Source: Candidatus Tiamatella incendiivivens (GTDB lineage Archaea; Thermoproteota; Thermoprotei_A; Sulfolobales; Acidilobaceae). Taken from it: a stretch of DNA of 64,000 nucleotides. The stretch is from positions 14,640 to 78,639 of the forward strand of contig WALW01000010.1 of assembly GCA_015522635.1 (NCBI GenBank), written 5' to 3'. A program made the translations under genes and the position numbers. Within the stretch, counting starts at the first letter, position 1, and the number at the start of each line of letters is the position of its first letter. Below the pieces are notes generated by a model. The model was not told the DNA's origin and ran no database searches. It was given only the letters and a program-made list of their open reading frames with translations. This document shows, in pieces, positions 46,394-54,631 of the stretch.

Positions 46394-47265
46394 CTAGGGT
46401 TCCTCGCCTTAAAATAGGCTTCTCTAGCTTTATACGATGTCCTTGCAAGCGGATGTGATAAAACATACTTGAACCCGAGCTTATAACCTAGCTTCTCTAT
46501 TTCCTTGAACTCCTCCAGTTTATAGTACCTCCTAACTGGAACCTGTGCCTCACTAGGCCTCAAATACTGGGATACAACTAACACGTCAACACCGGCGTTC
46601 CTTAGATCCTTCATGGCTTCAACTATCTCACTCCACTCCTCTCCGAAGCCGAGGAGGAGGCTCGACTTTGTGACTAAATTCCTCCTATACCTTTTAGCGT
46701 ACCTTAAAACCATAAGGCTCCTCTCATAGGAGGCCCTCGGGTCTCTTACAGTTCTACTAAGCCTTTTAACAGTCTCAATATTGTGAGCCAAAACATTAGG
46801 CTCTACATCCAATACTTTCTCCAGTAAACCCAGGTTCCCGCCAAAATCAGGTATCAAAACCTCTATTTTCGCTTCAGGAAGGAGTTTCCTAACCCACAAG
46901 ATCGTATCCGCGTATTGGGACGCACCACCATCAGGCAGATCGTCTCTTGTAACACTAGTTACAACAATATAATCCAACCCCATCTCCTTCGCAGCTTCTG
47001 CAACCCTCCTAGGTTCAGCAGGATCCGGGGGCAATGGCTTACCTTTCCGTACATAGCAGAATCTGCAGGATCTAGTACATATATCACCAAGTATTAGAAA
47101 TGTCGCTGTCCCTGATCCCCAGCATTGAGTGATATTGGGGCATAGGCTTTGCTCGCATACTGTTTGCACATCGTGTTTCTCCAGTATTCTAGCGACACGT
47201 ATATACTCAGGTGTAATTGTCATGTGAACCCTGTATTTGCCAGGGTTATCTGCTTCTCCGACCAA
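46390..47265 (-). CDS. lipA: Lipoyl synthase
   Basis: Auxiliary cluster CEQSLCPNITQC and radical-SAM cluster CTRSCRFC, plus VTSVTRDDLPDGG. Confidence 0.9.
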   Translation of the reverse strand: MVGEADNPGKYRVHMTITPEYIRVARILEKHDVQTVCEQSLCPNITQCWGSGTATFLILGDICTRSCRFCYVRKGKPLPPDPAEPRRVAEAAKEMGLDYIVVTSVTRDDLPDGGASQYADTILWVRKLLPEAKIEVLIPDFGGNLGLLEKVLDVEPNVLAHNIETVKRLSRTVRDPRASYERSLMVLRYAKRYRRNLVTKSSLLLGFGEEWSEIVEAMKDLRNAGVDVLVVSQYLRPSEAQVPVRRYYKLEEFKEIEKLGYKLGFKYVLSHPLARTSYKAREAYFKARNPS

Positions 47266-47269
47266 GACT

Positions 47270-47518
47270 TCACTCCTCTCTAATGCTCATAAGGATGGTG
47301 TCAGGCCTGATTTTATCTCCCTTAGAAACATACACTTTATTTACAATTCCATTTATAGGAGAATCGATGGCTATTACAGCCTTCTCTATCTCTACATCTA
47401 TAAGTGTGTCACCCTGCTCTACCCTGTCCCCCTCCTTCTTGTAGACCTCGACTACAATGCCAGTCCAGTCACTCCTCCTAGGCCATAGCTCTCTTGGAAC
47501 AATAATGTTTGCAGCCAT
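47270..47518 (-). CDS. Stand-alone lipoyl-attachment domain protein (82 aa)
   Basis: GIVVEVYKKEGDRVEQGDTLIDVEIEKAVIAIDSPINGIVNKVYVSKGDKI has the lipoyl-domain pattern, with the target Lys in EIEKA. Confidence 0.7.
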   Translation of the reverse strand: MAANIIVPRELWPRRSDWTGIVVEVYKKEGDRVEQGDTLIDVEIEKAVIAIDSPINGIVNKVYVSKGDKIRPDTILMSIREE

Positions 47519-47574
47519 CCTTCTCCCTCCAGCATTAGACTTGTAGATGTGTATATGTTATTATAATATTCTCT

Positions 47575-48795
47575 CTAGATCCTCCTCCACGCTAGGAGGG
47601 CTAATACAAACCCTATGGCCGAGAAGTAGACTAGATAGTGTGGTGAGTAGTGAAGGATTACAAGTCCACCTGTGATATCCCCCGTTATAGCTCCGAGATT
47701 AACGGCTACAGGCTGGTAACGTATCTTATTTGGGTCACTCTTCATTGCAAGGGCTGCTGATTCGACATCGAACAATCCCATAAGCATATACACTGTAGTG
47801 TATATGGAGATGAATGCGAGGGGAGCATAGATACTCTTACCCAATAGCAACGCGATTGCTATACCAGCAAAAGATGCAAGCGTCATTACAGTTTTACCGT
47901 TTCCAGCTTTATCAGCTACATAAGCCATTATAGTATATCCAGCCAAACCTAGTGCTACTGCAGTGAAAACCGTTTGGGATCCAACTGTTCTAGCTGCTAT
48001 CGGAGGTATCTGAACCATCATGCTGTCGAGACCCATTTTGAAAATGAGAGATGATATCAGAATACCTCCAAGGCTCACACCTCCATCTAGAGCGTAGCTT
48101 ATAACTCTACCATAATGCATGGGAGAAGCTTTTATTGCTCCAGCAGCCATCGCAACACCATTAGCCATTCTGGTAAGCCTATCCATCATTACATCAAGCT
48201 GGAATAAGGTTCGTTGAGGGATTAGAGGGGCCCGGGGAATAACCAGCACTCCGATACCTCCAACGGTTAACAGGAGGTAGAAGAGCATCCTAGTAAATAG
48301 TGTTCCCTCACTGGCGAGCCGGGCACTTGCGATAACCATAATTACCATGACAAGCCCTGAAGTCGACCTGAATCTAGACAGACCGCTACTCCACTGATCG
48401 GGGGGTATAATATCTGAGACTAAATTATAAATTGAGACTAGGAAGATTGCTACATTAACATTGTACAAGACGTACATCGCCATAAGTAACGCTACACTAT
48501 CTACGGCGAATAGGCCTTTAAGTATAAGGGCGCTGATAATAGGGGTCGCGATCAGCGCGGTTTTGAATAACTTAATAGACTCTACTTTCGGCATTATCAG
48601 TAGAAGGCCTAGGATGAAACCTACGCTTTGCATAGACCCCACTAACCCAATAACTATAGGGTTATATCCCATATGCTGTGATACATATACTAGTACGTAT
48701 GTTATCATGAACTGCCATATAGCTAGGAATACCCCAGCAAGTAGACCTAAAGCTACTATCATTTCCTTAAACTCACCTTCCCCGGGTGTTACCAA
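47575..48795 (-). CDS. Polytopic membrane transporter (MFS-like)
   Basis: 406 aa with ~12 hydrophobic segments and no soluble domain. The family call comes from topology only. Confidence 0.45.
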   Translation of the reverse strand: MVTPGEGEFKEMIVALGLLAGVFLAIWQFMITYVLVYVSQHMGYNPIVIGLVGSMQSVGFILGLLLIMPKVESIKLFKTALIATPIISALILKGLFAVDSVALLMAMYVLYNVNVAIFLVSIYNLVSDIIPPDQWSSGLSRFRSTSGLVMVIMVIASARLASEGTLFTRMLFYLLLTVGGIGVLVIPRAPLIPQRTLFQLDVMMDRLTRMANGVAMAAGAIKASPMHYGRVISYALDGGVSLGGILISSLIFKMGLDSMMVQIPPIAARTVGSQTVFTAVALGLAGYTIMAYVADKAGNGKTVMTLASFAGIAIALLLGKSIYAPLAFISIYTTVYMLMGLFDVESAALAMKSDPNKIRYQPVAVNLGAITGDITGGLVILHYSPHYLVYFSAIGFVLALLAWRRI

Positions 48796-48915
48796 TAGGG
48801 GGTTTCACAGCAGACTTGCTTATAAGGGGGCCTACATGGTTTTACAAATAGATTATAAGATCTCTCTTCTACCATGTAGTATATAACTAGGTAAGGAATG
48901 GTGGAGGGATGAATA

Positions 48916-50052
48916 ATGTTCTACGGATTATTCTGGTTCATATACGACCCAATAGGGTTTCTTGTAACAATTCTAGCATCCACGCTAGCCTACGGTGCCT
49001 TCATAACTCTAATAGGACCGCGAATGGTAGCTGGAAGACCTAGAAGTATGGCCCAATTATCGCTTCATATGACTATAACCGCACTCCTAGTCGTACTAGG
49101 AGGATTAAGCCTCATCTACTTGACTGTATATGCCTTAGAAGAATGGGGCGGGATAGCTTGGACCATGAGCCTTCAAGGGCTACTCATACTCTACTTCGGT
49201 GTGGTTGTATTCTTTGGGCTGATACAGTATGCGCTAAGCCCGGTCATTATAAGAATATATTATAAATTGAGAGAGCCGGCTACGTCAAAAGAACTTCGTG
49301 CAGCTAGAATAGTGGAGGATCTGTCTAGGAGGGCTGGTATAGACCCCCCTAAAGTATGGATAGCTGACGTTAACGTACCCAACGCATTTGCCTTCTCCTC
49401 GTTTACGTCTCGCAATGTAGCTGTCACTTCCCCACTCCTAGATCTCCTAAGCGGGGAGGAGCTCAGCGGGGTTCTGGGCCACGAACTTGGCCATCTAAAG
49501 CACAAGGATGTACAGGTAATACTAGTATTATCACTTATACCGGTAGCCCTATATTACCTTGGAAGAGGCTTAATGTTCATGAGAGCTGGTGACAGGGAGA
49601 ATAGTGGCACAACACTTGCACTAGGAGCAGCGCTAGTAGCCTTCGGAGTAATCTTCAGCTTCATAGTAAGGCACTTTAATAGGCTAAGGGAATACTTCGC
49701 CGATGCCCACTCGGCAATGCTTCACGTCAGCCAGAAACCCTTGCAAAGAGCTCTGGCAAAGATACACGTCGCCTTTGAGAACATGAAAAGCGGCGTCGGA
49801 GCTGAGGCTGCCTACTCTGCCACTGAGACTCCTGCTAAAATGCTATTAATATACGCATTGGTGGATCCTTTCATAGACTGGTTCTACGAACCCTATCGCC
49901 CGAAGCAGGTAAGCATTGCTAATATCGACGATGTTGTCGAGGAGCTTAAGAACACTAAGGTCTCAGCTATGGAGGAGCTCTTAGCAACGCACCCGCCTAT
50001 ACCTAAAAGACTACAATTCCTCGATGACTTAGCTATGCGTCACTTCACCTAA
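48916..50052 (+). CDS. htpX: HtpX-like M48 zinc metalloprotease (membrane)
   Basis: HELGHLKH zinc motif, downstream REYFADAHSA, and four TM segments. Confidence 0.75.
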   Translation: MFYGLFWFIYDPIGFLVTILASTLAYGAFITLIGPRMVAGRPRSMAQLSLHMTITALLVVLGGLSLIYLTVYALEEWGGIAWTMSLQGLLILYFGVVVFFGLIQYALSPVIIRIYYKLREPATSKELRAARIVEDLSRRAGIDPPKVWIADVNVPNAFAFSSFTSRNVAVTSPLLDLLSGEELSGVLGHELGHLKHKDVQVILVLSLIPVALYYLGRGLMFMRAGDRENSGTTLALGAALVAFGVIFSFIVRHFNRLREYFADAHSAMLHVSQKPLQRALAKIHVAFENMKSGVGAEAAYSATETPAKMLLIYALVDPFIDWFYEPYRPKQVSIANIDDVVEELKNTKVSAMEELLATHPPIPKRLQFLDDLAMRHFT

Positions 50053-50739
50053 AACGAGCTCCTCGATTATTTCCTTGAATCCTCCCCCACTAGGACTACT
50101 AGCCACGTAAGACGCGACAACCTTAGCCTCCTCATCCGCGTTAGAAGGCACAGCAGAACTCCCCGCTGCTACAAGCATCTCAATATCATTCTTAGAATCA
50201 CCAACAGCAAGCACTTCACTCCTCCTCAACCCTAAAGTCTTAGCAAGCCCGACCAAAGCCTTACCCTTACCTCCTCCAGGCGGCTGTAGATGAATAGCGA
50301 ATCCGCTGTAAAGTATCCTTCCATCCCAGCCAGAATCCTCCACGATCCTCCTAGCCATCTTATAATACTTCTCACCGGAACCATCAAGTGGAACCGGGAA
50401 AGCTATATCATGGTCTCTATACCTATTCTGCCAGCTACCCTCTAATCCCAGCTCCCTTATCTTCTCCAATATCCACTCTGGAGGCCTACCTTTGCAGAGC
50501 CTTGCAATATTCCCATTATAGTATATAATACAACCGTTCTCCGCTATTACTGGGCCCAGAGCCCCAGTGTACCTAGACAAACCCATTATAACTGGGAGAC
50601 TATTCCCCGAGGAGAGGGCGATAATCACACCTCGCTCCCTGGCTTCCCTTATAGCTTCCAGAGCCCCGCAGTCCAAGGGGAACTCTGTTCTACCCACTGT
50701 TATCGTTCCATCCACATCCGAAACAACTAGCTTAATCAT
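50029..50739 (-). CDS. HAD-superfamily phosphatase (Cof/phosphoglycolate phosphatase-like)
   Basis: Motif I VVSDVDGTIT, motif III/IV KGKAL...VGDSKNDIEM. Confidence 0.7.
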   Translation of the reverse strand: MIKLVVSDVDGTITVGRTEFPLDCGALEAIREARERGVIIALSSGNSLPVIMGLSRYTGALGPVIAENGCIIYYNGNIARLCKGRPPEWILEKIRELGLEGSWQNRYRDHDIAFPVPLDGSGEKYYKMARRIVEDSGWDGRILYSGFAIHLQPPGGGKGKALVGLAKTLGLRRSEVLAVGDSKNDIEMLVAAGSSAVPSNADEEAKVVASYVASSPSGGGFKEIIEELVLGEVTHS

Positions 50740-51308
50740 CCTAGCCTCCTCTCGTAAATAGTCTCATATATAGGCCCCTTCCTAGTCAAAATACTCTTCT
50801 TCAACCTCACAGAAGAGACCATCATCTCCCCGAACTCAGTATCCCTATAGGATATCATGACCTTAACGAGCTTCTCAAGGTTCCTGGTACCCTTCACTCT
50901 AGCAATAGTTACATGGGGATGGAACTGTGCTCTCTCAGGCTTGAAACCAGCCCTTCTAACCCCCCTTTCCACTATCCGGTTGATCCCGATAAGCTCATCC
51001 GAGCCTTCCGTGACACCGATCCATATAACTCTAGGCCTATAAGGATTAGGGAAGCCTCCCAAGCCGACGAGTTTAGTCTTAAACTCCCCTATATCAATAG
51101 GCTCTAAAGCCTCCCTAACTATATCATCAACTCTGGATTCAGGTACTTCACCGATAAACCTTATCGTTATATGCATGTTCTCCGTTTCAACAGGCTTCAT
51201 AGGTACACCGGTACTTGATATGGAGTCACGGATTCTCTCAAGCCTCCCTAGGATAAGGGGGTCATCTATATCTACTGCAATGAATACCCTAACCATTTTA
51301 GACACCAA
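50736..51308 (-). CDS. thpR: RNA 2',3'-cyclic phosphodiesterase (2H phosphoesterase, ThpR/LigT)
   Basis: Two H-x-T-x motifs (HITIRF and HVTIARV) in a 190-aa protein. Confidence 0.8.
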   Translation of the reverse strand: MVSKMVRVFIAVDIDDPLILGRLERIRDSISSTGVPMKPVETENMHITIRFIGEVPESRVDDIVREALEPIDIGEFKTKLVGLGGFPNPYRPRVIWIGVTEGSDELIGINRIVERGVRRAGFKPERAQFHPHVTIARVKGTRNLEKLVKVMISYRDTEFGEMMVSSVRLKKSILTRKGPIYETIYERRLG

Positions 51309-51418
51309 ATCAACTCCATTTTAACCAGATAATGAGGGACTAAGGGATTTAAGTGTGAAACAATAATAGTAGTTGAAACTATATATCCCTCGGAACATTA
51401 AATCCATGGGATTCACGG

Positions 51419-52156
51419 GTGCCGGATATGGAGGCTATCGAAGAAAGGCGGTATAATGCTTTAATAGTGCTTACAGGACTGTTCATAGCCAGCCTTACAG
51501 CCTCGAATTTCCTTGCTTCAAAGATATTCGCAATAAATATACTAGGATTAACGGTAGCTGCTCCAGCAGCCGTCTTAGCATACGCGTTGACATTCACATT
51601 CACAGACATAATAAGTGAGATCCACGGTAGGAAAGCTGCAAACCTAGTTGTGAGAATAGGATTCGCCAGCCAGCTAATAGTACTAACATACATTTGGTTT
51701 GCACTGAAACTTCCCACCGCCCCATTCTCACCAGTAAACGAGGAATCCTATAGTAGCGTCATCTTCAGCGGGTACACTATTATAACAGCGAGCCTGACCG
51801 CCTACCTAGTAAGCCAGCACCATGACGTCTGGGCATTCCATATGTGGAGAATTAAGACTAAGGGAAGAATGCTATGGCTTAGGAACAACGCTTCAACACT
51901 CGTAAGCCAGCTACTTGACACGGTTATATTCATATCACTAGCCTTCAACGTCCTCCCTGCAGTAATTGGAGGCAACCCGTTGCCATGGGATGTGATCGGT
52001 ACAATTATACTAGGCCAGTATATTGTGAAGCTGGTAATAGCACTCCTAGACACACCTATAGTATACCTGGGTGTAATGATGACTAGGAACTACATTAACA
52101 TACCATCGGAATCTCTAACTCCTCAAACAGGAGGATTGTTAAAGGTGGAAGAATAA
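51419..52156 (+). CDS. YhhQ/DUF165-family queuosine-precursor (preQ0) transporter
   Basis: 245 aa with 6 TM. LAYALTFTFTDIISEIHGRKAA and NASTLVSQLLDTVIF are blocks typical of the YhhQ family. Confidence 0.65.
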   Translation: MPDMEAIEERRYNALIVLTGLFIASLTASNFLASKIFAINILGLTVAAPAAVLAYALTFTFTDIISEIHGRKAANLVVRIGFASQLIVLTYIWFALKLPTAPFSPVNEESYSSVIFSGYTIITASLTAYLVSQHHDVWAFHMWRIKTKGRMLWLRNNASTLVSQLLDTVIFISLAFNVLPAVIGGNPLPWDVIGTIILGQYIVKLVIALLDTPIVYLGVMMTRNYINIPSESLTPQTGGLLKVEE

Positions 52157-52158
52157 CC

Positions 52159-52908
52159 ATGATAGGAGTATTCAGGGAGAATGACAAGCTAGGTAAAAGA
52201 CTTATCATAATCCTAAGAGGATTCCCCTGCTCCTACGGTAAATGTACCTTCTGCCCCTTCATAGTAGAGCAGTCTCTCAACACTAATAAAGTAGTATTCG
52301 AAAACAGGGAAATCATAAGCCAAGCACTTAAAGAGAAAGAAGAGTATAAACCTGAGAGAATAGCAGTATTCAACGGAGGAAGCTTCCACGAGCTACCATA
52401 TGACACTATTGAAAAGCTGGCCCCCCTAGCCAAGGATATGGTCTTCGAAATCGAGGAGAGGAGCGAGTTCATCACACTTGAATCTGTAAAAGCTCTACTA
52501 GACTACTACCATCCAGACCTCCTAGTTATGAGAATAGGCTTCGAGACGTTCCTTGAAGATATACGTGAGGGAGTCCTAAATAAGGGAATGCCTGACAGCG
52601 AGTTAAAGCGAGTAGTTCAGGTGAGGATTGAGGCGCAAAACAAGGGATGGCCTATTGAGATATGGAGCTATCTCCTCTTCGGAATGAAGGGAATCCCAGA
52701 GGAGAGTGTAAGTGAGAGTCTAAGGGCTTTCAAGAAAATATTCGATGGCGTTATAGCCGTAAGGTACAGGAAATACCTTCCAAACCACCCTGAACCTACA
52801 CCCATCTCGGATAAGCTCCGAGAACTATTAAACAAAGAAGCAGACCTCGTTGACTGGGGTGGAGAAGAGTGGATGATAGGGGAAAGGAAGGGATATGCCC
52901 CGGAGTAG
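52159..52908 (+). CDS. Radical-SAM-like Fe-S protein, RaSEA-like by context
   Basis: N-terminal tri-Cys GFPCSYGKCTFCPF (C-x4-C-x2-C), then FNGGSF and RIGFETF blocks of a TIM-barrel radical-SAM type. It is adjacent to an ArcS-motif gene. Confidence 0.5.
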   Translation: MIGVFRENDKLGKRLIIILRGFPCSYGKCTFCPFIVEQSLNTNKVVFENREIISQALKEKEEYKPERIAVFNGGSFHELPYDTIEKLAPLAKDMVFEIEERSEFITLESVKALLDYYHPDLLVMRIGFETFLEDIREGVLNKGMPDSELKRVVQVRIEAQNKGWPIEIWSYLLFGMKGIPEESVSESLRAFKKIFDGVIAVRYRKYLPNHPEPTPISDKLRELLNKEADLVDWGGEEWMIGERKGYAPE

Positions 52909-53579
52909 TCTGGAGCGGCGGCGAATACGATTGGATACCGCCTAGAGGCGAAAGACTCTACCTTAGAGGTGTCGGATGGAAATTTCTAGCCGAATGGCCC
53001 TTCAATGAAGCCCACCGTAAATTACTCGTCAATTACAGGCCCTCAAGGAAATACCGGGCAGGCCTCTTTATACCATGCTCCTATGGAAAACCCTACAGCC
53101 AAAGCTACATTCACTACTTCATCAGGAAAACAATTGCCAACTACATTAGGAAAGGCATCCTACACGAAGTCATACTCACCAATGCGGGCGTGGTGCCCCG
53201 GGAACTAGACGAACACTGGCCATACACAGCATACGACTGGAATCCAACCAAGGAAACAACAGAGATAAAAAAGTGCTACAAAAACATACTTAAGCAAAGA
53301 ATAAGGGATTACCTGGGGAAATTCGGGGAATACTATGAAAGCTACATTGCATATCTAAGATGGGATAGTGACAGTTGGATGGCTCTAAAAGAAGCGTCTA
53401 AGGAACTAGGCTATACCGTACCCAACCTCGCCGCCGAAAATGTTCCTCTAATAGAGTTAGATGAACTCGACCTAGGCTTGGGATACAAGTTGGACCCGGA
53501 TCTAATACTAATTACACCCACAAGCCTCAAAAACCTCGTAAATGGGCTTGAATCGATTATAGGAGAGGTAGTAAAATGA
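52869..53579 (+). CDS. Short ArcS-like protein (DUF5591-type domain only)
   Basis: IPCSYGKPYSQSYIH (53073-53114) matches exactly the archaeosine synthase signature PC-x3-KPY-x2-S-x2-H. At 236 aa it has no TGT-like or PUA domain. Confidence 0.6.
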   Translation: MDDRGKEGICPGVVWSGGEYDWIPPRGERLYLRGVGWKFLAEWPFNEAHRKLLVNYRPSRKYRAGLFIPCSYGKPYSQSYIHYFIRKTIANYIRKGILHEVILTNAGVVPRELDEHWPYTAYDWNPTKETTEIKKCYKNILKQRIRDYLGKFGEYYESYIAYLRWDSDSWMALKEASKELGYTVPNLAAENVPLIELDELDLGLGYKLDPDLILITPTSLKNLVNGLESIIGEVVK

Positions 53580-54178
53580 CTAGAATACTGGTACTAGTCA
53601 CCGGACTACCAGGTAGTGGGAAAAGCATAGTTAGTGAAGTGGCACGCGAGAAAGGAATACCAACAGTAGTTATGGGCGATGTTGTCAGGGAAGAAGCAGT
53701 AAAAAGAGGAGTAAAACTCCTCCCGGAGAACCTATCTATAATAGCCAATGATTTAAGGGAAAAATATGGGAAAGCAGCAATTGCATTGTTTACAACGGAT
53801 AAGATAAGGAGGAACCATGCATCCTCGGCAGTAGTAGTTGTAGACGGTGTAAGGAGCTTAGATGAAGTAGCTGTTTTCGAGGAACTAGGCAATGTATGCA
53901 TTATAGCAGTACACGCCAGTCCCACCAGAAGATTTGAGAGAATAAGGCAGAGGGGTAGGCCTGGTGATCCTAACGACTGGGCCCAGTTCTTAGGCAGAGA
54001 CCTGGTTGAACTGTCGTGGGGGATAGGAAACGTTATAGCCCTCGCTGACTACATCGTCGTAAACGAGTCATCAAAGGATGACACAAGGATGCAATCCGAG
54101 AGAGTGATAATGGAGGTACTGGATAATGGAGGTAGAGGTTGCAGCAGAGGCAGAGGTAAGGCCTACGGAAGACGCTGA
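53576..54178 (+). CDS. UPF0200-type P-loop nucleotide kinase-like protein
   Basis: ILVLVTGLPGSGKSIVSEVAREKGIPTVVMGDVVREEA has a P-loop plus the family-typical MGDVVR. ATGA overlap with the upstream gene. Confidence 0.6.
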   Translation: MTRILVLVTGLPGSGKSIVSEVAREKGIPTVVMGDVVREEAVKRGVKLLPENLSIIANDLREKYGKAAIALFTTDKIRRNHASSAVVVVDGVRSLDEVAVFEELGNVCIIAVHASPTRRFERIRQRGRPGDPNDWAQFLGRDLVELSWGIGNVIALADYIVVNESSKDDTRMQSERVIMEVLDNGGRGCSRGRGKAYGRR

Positions 54179-54548
54179 GAGAGTCAGGGAAGCTCTCGAC
54201 AATATTTTCGACGGTCAAGCGAGTATAGAGGGGGGCATGGTTAAACTAGCATGTAAAAGCCTTAGTTGCCTCTCAAAACTCCATTTGAAACTTAGGCAGC
54301 AGAGGATACTTGATACGGCACGAAGTGTGTTAAGGAAAAGCACTTATGGTGAGTACATAGAGTTTATGCTAAACAAACAGGCAGCCTATGCTGGTAAAGT
54401 TAGCTTTGTAACAGACCCTAATGAAAGTCCTATGGGTCCTATAAGGGTGCTCATAAAGCATCCAGATCCAGGGGAGGTAATAGACTGGCTGGCTCCTAGG
54501 ACAAGCCATGGCAAGCCTTTATGGGAGAGGAAAATGCCCTCCTCCTAG
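54126..54548 (+). CDS. UPF0201-type (DUF54, putative RNA-binding) protein
   Basis: 140 aa. The N-terminus VEVAAEAEVRPTEDAERVREAL is typical of the family that usually neighbours UPF0200 genes. Confidence 0.5.
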   Translation: MEVEVAAEAEVRPTEDAERVREALDNIFDGQASIEGGMVKLACKSLSCLSKLHLKLRQQRILDTARSVLRKSTYGEYIEFMLNKQAAYAGKVSFVTDPNESPMGPIRVLIKHPDPGEVIDWLAPRTSHGKPLWERKMPSS

Positions 54549-54631
54549 CGGAATCCAGGTAATTTAAGCTTATTATTCTCCTATAGATATAATCATCACC
54601 CGACAATATATTCTATCGGAGGTAATAGAAC

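Noticed and set aside
51379-51717. 112-aa ORF antisense to the YhhQ-like transporter
   Set aside because: The plus-strand frame gives a coherent 6-TM transporter, and the antisense product has no features.
53557-53925. 122-aa ORF antisense to the UPF0200 gene
   Set aside because: Ser/Thr/Leu-rich shadow frame opposite a gene with a clear P-loop.
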